Of a stretch of DNA of 62,777 bases, positions 29,435 to 38,779 are shown one piece after another. A program made the position numbers and the translations under genes. The notes under the pieces are model-generated. The model worked only from the letters and a program-made list of their open reading frames with translations, had not been told where the DNA came from and ran no database searches. Each line of letters opens with the position of its first letter. Position 1 is the stretch's first letter. Source of the DNA: a virus (lineage: Duplodnaviria > Caudoviricetes); IMG/VR virus record IMGVR_UViG_3300022413_000011, positions 1-62,777 of that record; one strand, given 5' to 3'.

Positions 29435-29845
29435 CTACACTCCCACCCTAAATGTTCGCCACATAGTGTATATCAAGATATGCACCATAAGACCAGAGAT
29501 CATCATCCTCGTGGCTGTGATGAGAGAGATAAGCTCATTGCCGAACGTGAACCCATCACTGGAAGACACGGAAGATATGTTTGCCATGTGCAAGAGGGTC
29601 ATTATCGCCCCTATATACAGTCCCATCTCGGAGAACAGGATGGACATTGGGTCGTGGCGAATCTTTGCGAACCTGTAGAGAAGAAGGGCGCACAGACACA
29701 CTCCACCCGCGGCAGATATTGGATAAATAAAGATTCTGAATTTCCAAAGTGCTTCCGGGCTGGCACTGAGTACCCCGATAAAGGCCAGCATCATCACGGA
29801 CACACGTATGGCCGATATTTTCAAATGTGCCATGTTATATCCCAC
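29435..29845 (-). CDS. Four-TM membrane protein
   Basis: Four hydrophobic helices. Confidence 0.7.
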   Translation of the reverse strand: MGYNMAHLKISAIRVSVMMLAFIGVLSASPEALWKFRIFIYPISAAGGVCLCALLLYRFAKIRHDPMSILFSEMGLYIGAIMTLLHMANISSVSSSDGFTFGNELISLITATRMMISGLMVHILIYTMWRTFRVGV

Positions 29846-30368
29846 CCGTGACTTGCAGACCGACTATGAGAAGACCCAAGAAAAGACTTAGAAAAATCAG
29901 GTAAAATATGTGCTCAGTATATCGTGTCCCCCTGTTTCCATCGGGGTATTTTCTAATCTTCAACTCTGCTTCCACGCGACCCATTCTGCTATCCACCTGC
30001 TCCAGGGTAACCTGGAGATATGCAAGCTTCTTGTATATTTCTAGTAACTCTTTGCCATTCAAGTTATCACCCTCACTGGAGTCTATAGTTATCCTGTTCC
30101 TGTAACCCCCACTCTCTTTCCAGTGATTGGATAAAACTAGGTTCTTTAGGTGTTGATTTCCTGGGTTCTCTGAAAACGAGCCTAGAACCAGGGCAGATAA
30201 CTTGTTTCTCCTCTGTGCCCAAGAGACTAGGTTGCCTACCACCTCAGTAAAGCTTTCTCCCCCTACTATATCGCCTAGGTCTTCGTCAAGATGTGTACGC
30301 ACAACACGCACCATTTCTGCCTTATTAAAGGCATCTAGTAAAGCCTCAACTATCTGTTCCCGGTCCAT
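29835..30368 (-). CDS. Effector-associated domain 1 (EAD1), coiled coil and C-terminal TM helix
   Basis: EALLDAF...LDEDLGDIVGG...VVGNLVSWAQRRNKLSALVLGSFSENPGNQHL matches the EAD1 pattern. Confidence 0.8.
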   Translation of the reverse strand: MDREQIVEALLDAFNKAEMVRVVRTHLDEDLGDIVGGESFTEVVGNLVSWAQRRNKLSALVLGSFSENPGNQHLKNLVLSNHWKESGGYRNRITIDSSEGDNLNGKELLEIYKKLAYLQVTLEQVDSRMGRVEAELKIRKYPDGNRGTRYTEHIFYLIFLSLFLGLLIVGLQVTGGI

Positions 30369-30374
30369 CTCGTT

Positions 30375-32846
30375 TTACACATTGTACGTTATCGTCCAAC
30401 TGTATGGAGGCAACTTCAGCGTTTCCAGGTTTGCCTGTTGCGCAGCAGATGGAGATGCGTTGCTCCCTTCCAGGCTAAGAGTAATGGCGTTATTGTAGTT
30501 ATCTCTAGCTGCCCATATATCATCGCAGACCTGGTCTACTTCGGTTGTTGTCCAACTACAACCGTGAAATCGCATTTGTGTCGCGTCCACCCACAGCCCA
30601 GCAGCACCACCAGTACCGTACGATACATTTGTGTTAGTCGATGTGTTGATTACATATATAGCTGTCAGGCTTGTCCACTCTGAAATATCAGCACTCACGC
30701 TTGTCGCATTTATATATACAATACTCAACCCAGTCAACGTGCCTATATCTTGTCCATCTCCTGACACGCCAGAACCACCAAAGTGCATATACGTTAGACT
30801 GGTCAGCGCACTCAGTACGGATATGTCGCCAGTCATAGAAGCATTGGTGTGTAGGCGTATCTCCTCCAGGCTAGTTAGTGCCGTCAAGTCCGGTAAGGCT
30901 GTAAGGCCCTGGTCAGGAGCATTGAAATCTGTCACGCTGGCAGCAGTCGGAAACTCCACCACCACGGTTTGACTAGACCCATCAAGCACCTTGCTCGGGC
31001 TGTTGTTGGTCTGAATCTCGCCATCCTCAAAATACGCGTTGGCCGTTCCACTGCTTAGTACAAATGTGGGGTCAAATGTACCATTTTTATCGGTTTCCAT
31101 TGACACCTGGTTTGCGATGCTGCCAATATCGTATGATGTTGCGCTGGTAAACCTTTGTGCAGCCGTCACCAAGTACGCATCCTCTGTCGGACTATACGTA
31201 TACACACGTATCTCCCCGACACTACGCATCATTTGATAGATTCGTAGATAGCCCTCACCACCTTCTGCTCTGTCTTGGTAGTTGGCTAGGTACTGATGGA
31301 CTACATTCCCACCGTCACGCGTGTCGTCCAGGGACCCAACCCCGGGAGACAGCACGTGACCACCATGCACCATTTTCACGTTTTCACGGGTCAGTAAAAT
31401 CTTGTTGTATATCTGACGACCATTGTTAATCGTCGTGGACTCGGAGCCTGTATCAAACTCGTTTTCTGGCAGGTACAGGTGGCCTGAATCACCATGCCGT
31501 GTGTCATCGGTATACATATAAGCATGTGTAGCGATGACAGTCAGGTGGTTTGGATAGGTGTCAATTATGCCCGCGGCCCATGACAGGACAGCATCGCGCG
31601 GCCCATACTCCAGGGTCATGAACAGATAGTCTTTGCCACCTAGACGCGCTGTGTAGTATGCGTTTTCGCTGCGTCCACCCTCGTAGAACCCACCGTTCCA
31701 CCAGGTTTCAGACGTATACCTCGACTGTGGGAATCGCGTATTAAATTCCGTCACATCGCTGCGTACTGGTGGACTACCACTCATGTTGTCGTAGTCATGG
31801 TTCCCTACAGAAATCAAGTGGGGAATGTTATTTGTCGCCAGTGTCGCCATGCCAGCCACACCATTATCCCACTGGCCAGACACATCATCGTCAACCACAT
31901 CCCCAACGTGCAGCACAGCACCGATTTTGTATTTGCTCTGATTTGAGACTATCCAATCTGTCTGGTCAGTAAATGTGACGGGATAATCCTGACTGTAGAA
32001 TTGTGTATCAGGCAGAATGACCAGAGACCAGTCAAGTCCACTCGAAAGTTGCATTGGGCGATTTAGTCCAATGTCCCACTTTTTGGACAGATAGTCCTCT
32101 GCTTGCTCCATCTCGCTGTCAGTGAGCCCAGCGCGGTACGCAAGGATTTCGCCATGCTGACCGTTAAACAACCAGTCCAGACCGACGAAATCGAAATCAC
32201 CCACGTTTGACAACGCATCAGCATCTTTTAGCGCGCCAGTATGCGCAACGGCTGCGCCCAGTTGAATGCCGTTCTGCCTGATGATCTGGTCTGTCCCGTT
32301 GTACCTGAAGGAGAATATGTTCCACCCAGTCAAAGGCTCATTCGGTGTCTCTGTGTGGTCCACCCTGGTGGTCGTTATTGTCGTAAACTGCACGTTACCA
32401 GTCGAACGAATAGCGCAGAAAAACGTGCCATTGGTACTGCTATCGTGCTGACTGAGAAGCATCTGGTCAATACTGTCCGTGTCAGCCTTGCACACGACGA
32501 AAACAGTCAAACCGGCTGCATAGAAATCAATCTCAGGGCCTACAAACTCGTCATTGCCACCCCAGTCAATGGTGTTCAGGCTATTTTTGGTAACCAGTGT
32601 GGACTGAGGCTGATTGGCCGTCACACCCTGTGTGAACGCGTGTGCATTGCTGCTCTTGTCGGTCCACTGACTGACATGTGTAGCATCAGCAAGAGCAATG
32701 GTAGACGTGTCGGACGCGTCCAACCACAGGGAGAGATTGTCAATGGTTGTTGGCAGGAACAACGATGAAATCGCCTCCCCCGTGACACCCACGCCAATCC
32801 CAGGGTCCAACAGGGCATAGTCTGTTACTCTATGACTGCCCAGCAT
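30375..32846 (-). CDS. LamG-like, calcineurin-like metallophosphoesterase and leucine-rich-repeat protein
   Basis: LWLDASD LamG-like start; PDTQ, GDVVD, GNHD, THAY, GHV motifs; LTALTSLEEIRL-type LRRs. Confidence 0.8.
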   Translation of the reverse strand: MLGSHRVTDYALLDPGIGVGVTGEAISSLFLPTTIDNLSLWLDASDTSTIALADATHVSQWTDKSSNAHAFTQGVTANQPQSTLVTKNSLNTIDWGGNDEFVGPEIDFYAAGLTVFVVCKADTDSIDQMLLSQHDSSTNGTFFCAIRSTGNVQFTTITTTRVDHTETPNEPLTGWNIFSFRYNGTDQIIRQNGIQLGAAVAHTGALKDADALSNVGDFDFVGLDWLFNGQHGEILAYRAGLTDSEMEQAEDYLSKKWDIGLNRPMQLSSGLDWSLVILPDTQFYSQDYPVTFTDQTDWIVSNQSKYKIGAVLHVGDVVDDDVSGQWDNGVAGMATLATNNIPHLISVGNHDYDNMSGSPPVRSDVTEFNTRFPQSRYTSETWWNGGFYEGGRSENAYYTARLGGKDYLFMTLEYGPRDAVLSWAAGIIDTYPNHLTVIATHAYMYTDDTRHGDSGHLYLPENEFDTGSESTTINNGRQIYNKILLTRENVKMVHGGHVLSPGVGSLDDTRDGGNVVHQYLANYQDRAEGGEGYLRIYQMMRSVGEIRVYTYSPTEDAYLVTAAQRFTSATSYDIGSIANQVSMETDKNGTFDPTFVLSSGTANAYFEDGEIQTNNSPSKVLDGSSQTVVVEFPTAASVTDFNAPDQGLTALPDLTALTSLEEIRLHTNASMTGDISVLSALTSLTYMHFGGSGVSGDGQDIGTLTGLSIVYINATSVSADISEWTSLTAIYVINTSTNTNVSYGTGGAAGLWVDATQMRFHGCSWTTTEVDQVCDDIWAARDNYNNAITLSLEGSNASPSAAQQANLETLKLPPYSWTITYNV

Positions 32847-33118
32847 ATTTTCTCTCCAGATACGTCAGCATCGAATTTGTAGGATTCCAATGAGCACTGG
32901 GGAGTCGGATAGCTTTGCCCCAAACCCAGTGGATACCCATCTGTTGCACTCTGGCCTATCACCCACATGACACCCGTATTATCCGGGTGTGCTTTTATCA
33001 AAAACCGAGCAACCCCAGTAGCCTCTGGGCCACTCACAGGGGTTCCTGCCGTTGTGACGGTTACTTGCCCCGTCAAATCACCGGAGAACGCTCGTTCTGT
33101 TGGAGACAAAGCTGGCAT
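32825..33118 (-). CDS. Small beta-rich virion protein
   Basis: VTVTTAGT, IKAHPDNTG; GGAG RBS. Confidence 0.65.
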   Translation of the reverse strand: MPALSPTERAFSGDLTGQVTVTTAGTPVSGPEATGVARFLIKAHPDNTGVMWVIGQSATDGYPLGLGQSYPTPQCSLESYKFDADVSGEKICWAVIE

Positions 33119-33127
33119 AATTTACTC

Positions 33128-33463
33128 CTACTCTATTAGTCCCTTAATCACGGTTATTTCGTTTTCAATAACCCACGTTGTTCTATCACCACTATCATCG
33201 ACTTCAACCTCAATTGAGACTGGCCTTGACAACGGGGTTACCATCCACGTCGTATTCCTTGGAAGCACAACCGACACCAAACTGTTGGGCCAGTCCGCGC
33301 CAGGGTCTCCCGACGCGCACGCAACTGGCTGCGTCAAGAGTCTGGCATCCTGACGCAGAGCAGCACGTACGATGGCGTTTCCAGGTATCAGGAACGATGA
33401 CCCGTCCAACTCAAGTTGAACTTTGAGAACAGAATCGTCCCCAGTCACAATCGTTACTGCCAT
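33128..33463 (-). CDS. Ig-like virion protein (BppU N-terminal-like)
   Basis: IVTGDD start, beta-strand pattern. Confidence 0.5.
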   Translation of the reverse strand: MAVTIVTGDDSVLKVQLELDGSSFLIPGNAIVRAALRQDARLLTQPVACASGDPGADWPNSLVSVVLPRNTTWMVTPLSRPVSIEVEVDDSGDRTTWVIENEITVIKGLIE

Positions 33464-33465
33464 GA

Positions 33466-33873
33466 TTAGGCATTCCCGTCTGTCAAGGTAAATGTGGTCA
33501 CGGTGAACTGCTGGCCCGTGGCCAGAGACGTGTTATCTAACTCCATGTCTCCACCACCAGAGGTGGCAGTGATGGTCCCCTGCATATGGCAGGCTGTGTC
33601 ACCGTTGTTGTAGATACGAAAATGCGCCGCGGTGCCCGTGGCATCTGCCGACGTGTCTTCCCATGTCCCGGTTTTTGCTTTTGTTCCACTGGAAGCCGCG
33701 GCCATCCAGTCACTCGGAAGATTACACGTGGCCAAAACCGTTCCACTGTCTGCCGTCGCGCAATCTACTGGCGCTGCGCCAGTTCGGATTCGCAGGATGG
33801 CTGACACCCCTACCGTTGTTTCTATTTGGTCCAATCTGGCGTCTCTGACGCCTACAGATAGCTGTATTGCCAT
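33466..33873 (-). CDS. Virion structural protein
   Basis: LRIRTGAAP...ADATGTAAHFRI...MQGTI, pattern of phage fibre-associated proteins. Confidence 0.7.
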   Translation of the reverse strand: MAIQLSVGVRDARLDQIETTVGVSAILRIRTGAAPVDCATADSGTVLATCNLPSDWMAAASSGTKAKTGTWEDTSADATGTAAHFRIYNNGDTACHMQGTITATSGGGDMELDNTSLATGQQFTVTTFTLTDGNA

Positions 33874-33884
33874 TTTTTCCTCAC

Positions 33885-35723
33885 TTATAAATCGACTGAT
33901 CCACTCAGCACGTCATTGGACACCTGTCCACCCCGAGATTTGTGGATAATACCGAGTGCAACCATCACAACCAGACTGGTTTCAATGGTTGCTGTACCAG
34001 ATAAAATAACATCCCCTAGCGTTACACCAAGTGTCCCCGTGCTTCCGGGCTGGTCACTCGACACCAGGGTCACATCCCCTAGCGTTGCAGATACGGTGCC
34101 AACTACCAGAACGTTGGCCGTGGACACTAGAGTTACATCCCCCAGCGTCGTAGATACCGCGCCAACCACAAAGACGCTGGCTGTGGACGCTGTGGACACA
34201 TCCCCCAACGTTGCAGATACCGCGCCAGAGACAGACCCTCCACCACCAGAAGACACCAGTGTCACGTCGTCAAGCGTTGGGCCAGATGAGCCACTTACTA
34301 GCACGCTGGCAGCAGATGATGCTGTTGCATCACCCAGCGTGCTAGACAGGGAAGCGTCTACTAGAACAGCACCAGTGGATGCTACCGTAGCATCTTCTAG
34401 GGTGGGACTCGCTGTTGCTGACACATCGACCGATGATGCAGACGATAGGGCAACATCATCCAGGGTCGAATCCAAGATTCCAAACGAGCCAGATCCACCA
34501 TTAGACGACAGTGAAACGTCCTCGAGTGTCACAGACAGGGTCGCGTCTACCGGGGCAGCACCAGCAGAAACCAGTGTTGCATCCCCTAACGTTGAAGAGA
34601 CCTGACCAGAGACAACGACTTCTGAAGCAGACACCAAAGAAGCATCTTCGAGAGTCTGCGCGAGTGTCCCAGACACCCCTATCGTTCCACTTGACGAAAG
34701 GGTCACATCGTCAAGTGTGGTGCTTGTTTGGCCATCCACCAGGACGGCTGCTGCTGACGCCAAGGTGACATCAGCTAACGTCGCTGATGTCTGACCCAAA
34801 ACCGTTATGCTGGCAGCAGATGAAAGGGATGTATCGGCCAACGTAACTGCTGCTGCACCATCCACCAGGACCGTTGACGCTGACACCAGGGTGGCATCAC
34901 CCAAGGTCTGTGTGAGTGTCCCGGAGACACCTCCGTCTACCGTTCCACTTGACGAAAGGGTCACATCTGCTAGGGTGGCGCTCGTTGTGCCATCTACGTC
35001 TACCTCCCCTGTGCCAGAGAGGGTCAAGTCTGCTAGAGTGACGCTCGTTGTGCCGTCTACATCCACCTCTCCAGTGCTGGAGAGGGTTAGGTCTGCTAGA
35101 GTGGCACTCGTTACACCGTCTACGTCCACCTCTCCAGTGCTGGAGAGGGTTGTATCGTCCAGAATTTTTGATAGTTGGCCCGTTACCAGGGCAACTGCCA
35201 GGGACGATACGCTGGCATCCTCCAGGGTGACCGACAGTGTAGCATCGACAAGAGAAACGCCAGTAGATGATAGGGTGACATCCCCCAGTGTGTTTGTGGA
35301 TGTTGCAACCACATCCACTTCACCTATACCACTAAGGGTCAGGGAGCCCAGGGTGGCACTCGTTGTGCCATCCACATCCACCTCTCCCGTACTAGAGAGG
35401 GTGGCGTCACCCAGAGTCTTTGTAAGTGTTCCTGATACCCCAGCGCCACCCTCCGACGCTGCTTCCATAAAGACTGGGAATGCCAAACGGCTGGTGATCC
35501 AGGTATCAAAATCGCCAGTTGACCCACTGGCAGGCTTTGCTACATCAAAGGTTTCTCGATTGGTGATCCAATCGTCAAATGTAGTAGTACCACCCGGGGG
35601 TGCAGCATCTACTACCCAAACCGAAAACGACCGATTGGTAATCCATCGGTCCAAGTCCCCTGTTGAGCCAGTGCTGGCTACGACAGTTCGGGTGATTCGG
35701 TTTGATACCCATTTGTCGAACAT
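33885..35723 (-). CDS. Thr/Ser/Val-rich 21-aa repeat fibre-like protein
   Basis: About 20 copies of TL(G/A/E/D)D(V/A)TLxS; four N-terminal DxW(I/V)(T/S)xR repeats. Confidence 0.75.
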   Translation of the reverse strand: MFDKWVSNRITRTVVASTGSTGDLDRWITNRSFSVWVVDAAPPGGTTTFDDWITNRETFDVAKPASGSTGDFDTWITSRLAFPVFMEAASEGGAGVSGTLTKTLGDATLSSTGEVDVDGTTSATLGSLTLSGIGEVDVVATSTNTLGDVTLSSTGVSLVDATLSVTLEDASVSSLAVALVTGQLSKILDDTTLSSTGEVDVDGVTSATLADLTLSSTGEVDVDGTTSVTLADLTLSGTGEVDVDGTTSATLADVTLSSSGTVDGGVSGTLTQTLGDATLVSASTVLVDGAAAVTLADTSLSSAASITVLGQTSATLADVTLASAAAVLVDGQTSTTLDDVTLSSSGTIGVSGTLAQTLEDASLVSASEVVVSGQVSSTLGDATLVSAGAAPVDATLSVTLEDVSLSSNGGSGSFGILDSTLDDVALSSASSVDVSATASPTLEDATVASTGAVLVDASLSSTLGDATASSAASVLVSGSSGPTLDDVTLVSSGGGGSVSGAVSATLGDVSTASTASVFVVGAVSTTLGDVTLVSTANVLVVGTVSATLGDVTLVSSDQPGSTGTLGVTLGDVILSGTATIETSLVVMVALGIIHKSRGGQVSNDVLSGSVDL

Positions 35724-37117
35724 TATGCTGCTGCCACCGTATCAAAAAATGTAGCATAACTGCCACTGGTTGCTGTGTTAAGGCTTTGTAGCTCCACCAC
35801 TACATACGGTGGATTCGCCGCGGGCGTAAATGTGTCAGATAGTTGATTCCACGTTGACGCACTGCCCACGTCTGTGGTCGTACGGTCTGATTGTCCGGGC
35901 TGCTTTATTACCATGCGCGGATTAGTACCAGCATAGTTGGTTTCGCGGTAACAGTATACTGAGATCGTTATACTAGAGCCACCATGTTCAACAAATAACT
36001 GCTGACTGCCAGCATCAGCTAGTTTAATGCTGGCCGTGCTACCCCCCTGCGTGGTCGTGGTTTCGCGCTCACTGGGTTGGTACTGCACAGCGCCCCATGA
36101 TTTCTTGGCGCTGGTGGTTGGGCGCGTTATGCCATATATGTCATCTGCTGCCTCAGTAGTCCCGGCAATGCGCGCAATCTGTGACCATTCCGACAGTTTG
36201 CCTGTGAATGGCGCACCAAACTCGATACCATCTAGCTGTATGGGTGGCTCAAATAGCGCGGGGTATGTGTTTGAGTTTGTACCTGTCGTCACGTTTGTGC
36301 GCGCTGTGCCAACTGCGTATATATTGTTGTAATCCTCTGTCAAGTCGCCACTGTTGGCAGCCGTTAGGCCCGTATTTTGGCCTATAATTGTGCAATTATT
36401 GACGGTAACGGTATCACTCAGCGCGCCGGTCACTTCGACGCCCAAATAGCCCCCGATCAACGTGCAGTTTTTTATGAGCGTATCACCTATCAGATTGGCC
36501 GTAATACAGGCCGTGTTATACCGTCCCGGCCCAAAAAATATGCAGTTTTCGATCAGATAGTTCGCTGTCGCATGGTCGCTACCATGATACAGGTAGATGC
36601 ACGCCTCGCGCCCCCCATAAAAAACGCACCGTCGAATAATCAGATTGGTGCCTGTCCCACCAATAAAAACAGTTTGAGTATTTACATCTACTGCGTGAAA
36701 AACGCAATCCTCTATGATGATGTCATCCTGTCCATTGGTCGCATTGAATAGGTATGATGTACACATATCCATAGTAAAGCCGCGGAAAGTGCGAAAGTCG
36801 CGACCAGCGCCAGATGTGCAAATAATACAATTCCCACGCGTCGCGGTCGTGTCGTTGTCGCTACCCGTGATGCGCACTACACCCCCCACGCCGTCGGTGT
36901 TGTCGCCAGTGACATCGCCTATGTAGGTGATGGGGTTGCCAGATGTGCCAGCGACATCGCATGTCAATGCTTCGCGATAGACCCCCGGTCCGACATAAAC
37001 AGTGTCGCCAGCAGCCACCGGCTCGTCCTCCGCGCCGTTGAGCGTCAGGAATCGATTAGCCCAGGACAAGCCATCGTTTGTGTCGTTGCCACCACTGCCG
37101 ACATAGTACGTTGTCAT
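35723..37117 (-). CDS. Right-handed beta-helix protein, paralog B
   Basis: YYV...GNDTNDGLSW...AGDTVYVGPGVYRE; IENC/IKNC/VNNC coils. Confidence 0.85.
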   Translation of the reverse strand: MTTYYVGSGGNDTNDGLSWANRFLTLNGAEDEPVAAGDTVYVGPGVYREALTCDVAGTSGNPITYIGDVTGDNTDGVGGVVRITGSDNDTTATRGNCIICTSGAGRDFRTFRGFTMDMCTSYLFNATNGQDDIIIEDCVFHAVDVNTQTVFIGGTGTNLIIRRCVFYGGREACIYLYHGSDHATANYLIENCIFFGPGRYNTACITANLIGDTLIKNCTLIGGYLGVEVTGALSDTVTVNNCTIIGQNTGLTAANSGDLTEDYNNIYAVGTARTNVTTGTNSNTYPALFEPPIQLDGIEFGAPFTGKLSEWSQIARIAGTTEAADDIYGITRPTTSAKKSWGAVQYQPSERETTTTQGGSTASIKLADAGSQQLFVEHGGSSITISVYCYRETNYAGTNPRMVIKQPGQSDRTTTDVGSASTWNQLSDTFTPAANPPYVVVELQSLNTATSGSYATFFDTVAAA

Positions 37118-38499
37118 TAGGCGACCTCCAACGTGTCAAAAAATGCTGCATAGCTGCCCGATGTCGCGGTGTTTAGTGATTGCAACTCCACTACGCAGTA
37201 AGGGGGGTCAGCCGCGGGAGTAAACGTGTCAGATAGTTGATTCCACGTACTAACGCTGCCGGTGTCCGTGGTCGTGCGGTCGGCCACGCCCGGCTGCTTG
37301 ATGACCATTGTAGGCAGCGTCCCGGCGTAATTTGTCTCACGATAGCAGTAGACCGTGATTGTCGTGCTCGCGTTGGTTGTCGGTACGAATATCTGATGAG
37401 CCCCGGCATCGGCTAATTTAATGCTGGCCGTACTGCTGCCCTGCGTGGTCGTGGTTTCGCGCTCACTCGGCTGGTACTGAATAGCGCCCCACGATTTTTT
37501 GGCGCTGGTGGTTGGGCGCGTTATGCCATAAAAATCGTCGGTCGCTTCGCCAGTGCCAGCAATGCGCGCAATCTGTGACCATTCCGACAGTTTGGCGCTG
37601 AATGCCGCGCCGTACTCTATACCATCCATCAGAATAGGAGCATCATATAGCGCGGGATAACTTACGCTGTTGGTTCCTGCGGTCACGTTCGATCTGTCGG
37701 TGCCATTCCCGTAAACTGCATTGTAATCTTCAACCAGATCGCCAGACGCGGACGCCTTCAGGCCCGTATTGCAACCTGCAATTATGCAATTGTTGACGGT
37801 GACAACCCCGGTCATGCTAACGGCTGTTTCTATGCCCAGGTTCGATCCCGTAATCGTGCAATTTTTTATTGTAATGCCACCTACATAATATGATGATACA
37901 CTGCCGACATTTGTACGCCCCCCACCGATAAATACGCAATTTTCGACGGTTGCATTCGCCGTTGTGTGGTCTGATGAACGATAAAAATATATTCCAGCGT
38001 CTCTCAGACAATGAAAAAAGCAGCGTCGAATTATAGTTCCGTCACTCGTGCCACTAATAAATATGCCCGCAGTGTTCCCGCCCTGCCTCGTTACAATCGA
38101 ACAATCTTCTATGATTAGTGATGTAGGAGCAGATGAAGTAATGATGTAGCTGGTCCCCGCGTCCATCGCCAAGCCGCGAAATGTGCGATAGTCACGATTG
38201 CACACTATGCAATTCGACCGCGTTTCTGTCTGGTCATTGTCGCTGCCAGTAATGCGCACCGTACCCCCCACGCCGTCTGTGTTGTCGCCAGTGACATCGC
38301 CTATATAGGTGATGGGGTTGCCAGATGTGCCAGCGACATCGCATGTCAGCGTCTCGCGATAGACGCCCGGCGCAACATAAACAGTATCGCCAGCAGCCAC
38401 CGGCTCGTCCTCCGCGCCATTCAGCGTCAAAAACCGATTGGCCCACGAAAGACCATCGTTTGTGTCATTGCCACCACTGCCGACATAGTACACAGCCAT
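37117..38499 (-). CDS. Right-handed beta-helix protein, paralog A
   Basis: Same architecture; N- and C-termini near-identical to 35723..37117. Confidence 0.85.
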   Translation of the reverse strand: MAVYYVGSGGNDTNDGLSWANRFLTLNGAEDEPVAAGDTVYVAPGVYRETLTCDVAGTSGNPITYIGDVTGDNTDGVGGTVRITGSDNDQTETRSNCIVCNRDYRTFRGLAMDAGTSYIITSSAPTSLIIEDCSIVTRQGGNTAGIFISGTSDGTIIRRCFFHCLRDAGIYFYRSSDHTTANATVENCVFIGGGRTNVGSVSSYYVGGITIKNCTITGSNLGIETAVSMTGVVTVNNCIIAGCNTGLKASASGDLVEDYNAVYGNGTDRSNVTAGTNSVSYPALYDAPILMDGIEYGAAFSAKLSEWSQIARIAGTGEATDDFYGITRPTTSAKKSWGAIQYQPSERETTTTQGSSTASIKLADAGAHQIFVPTTNASTTITVYCYRETNYAGTLPTMVIKQPGVADRTTTDTGSVSTWNQLSDTFTPAADPPYCVVELQSLNTATSGSYAAFFDTLEVA

Positions 38500-38500
38500 A

Positions 38501-38779
38501 CTATTCTAGCCCCTCGCGTCGTAAGCCTGCCCGCAAGCCCAACTCGTACAGCGTCGCGTTTTCATCCTCGCCCAGTTCCGAAAAATCGGCAGGAAACTGC
38601 ACAAAATTATGCTCAACTACCGTCTCACCATTGGGCGCAGGAATGTCGCCCTCAGTCGTGCCAAAATAGTGCCATGTGATTGCGCCCAGTTCGTCTATCA
38701 GTTTGGCGCGGAAATTGACCCGGCGACTGATTCCCGCGGTATCAATGCTATCGGTCCAGATTTCGCTTACGTTTGCCAT
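38501..38779 (-). CDS. Hypothetical protein
   Basis: TAATG-coupled ORF. Confidence 0.7.
   Translation of the reverse strand: MANVSEIWTDSIDTAGISRRVNFRAKLIDELGAITWHYFGTTEGDIPAPNGETVVEHNFVQFPADFSELGEDENATLYELGLRAGLRREGLE

Noticed and set aside
35723-38499. Diversity-generating retroelement TR/VR pair
   Set aside because: No reverse transcriptase seen; both copies are full ORFs and the differences are not adenine-specific
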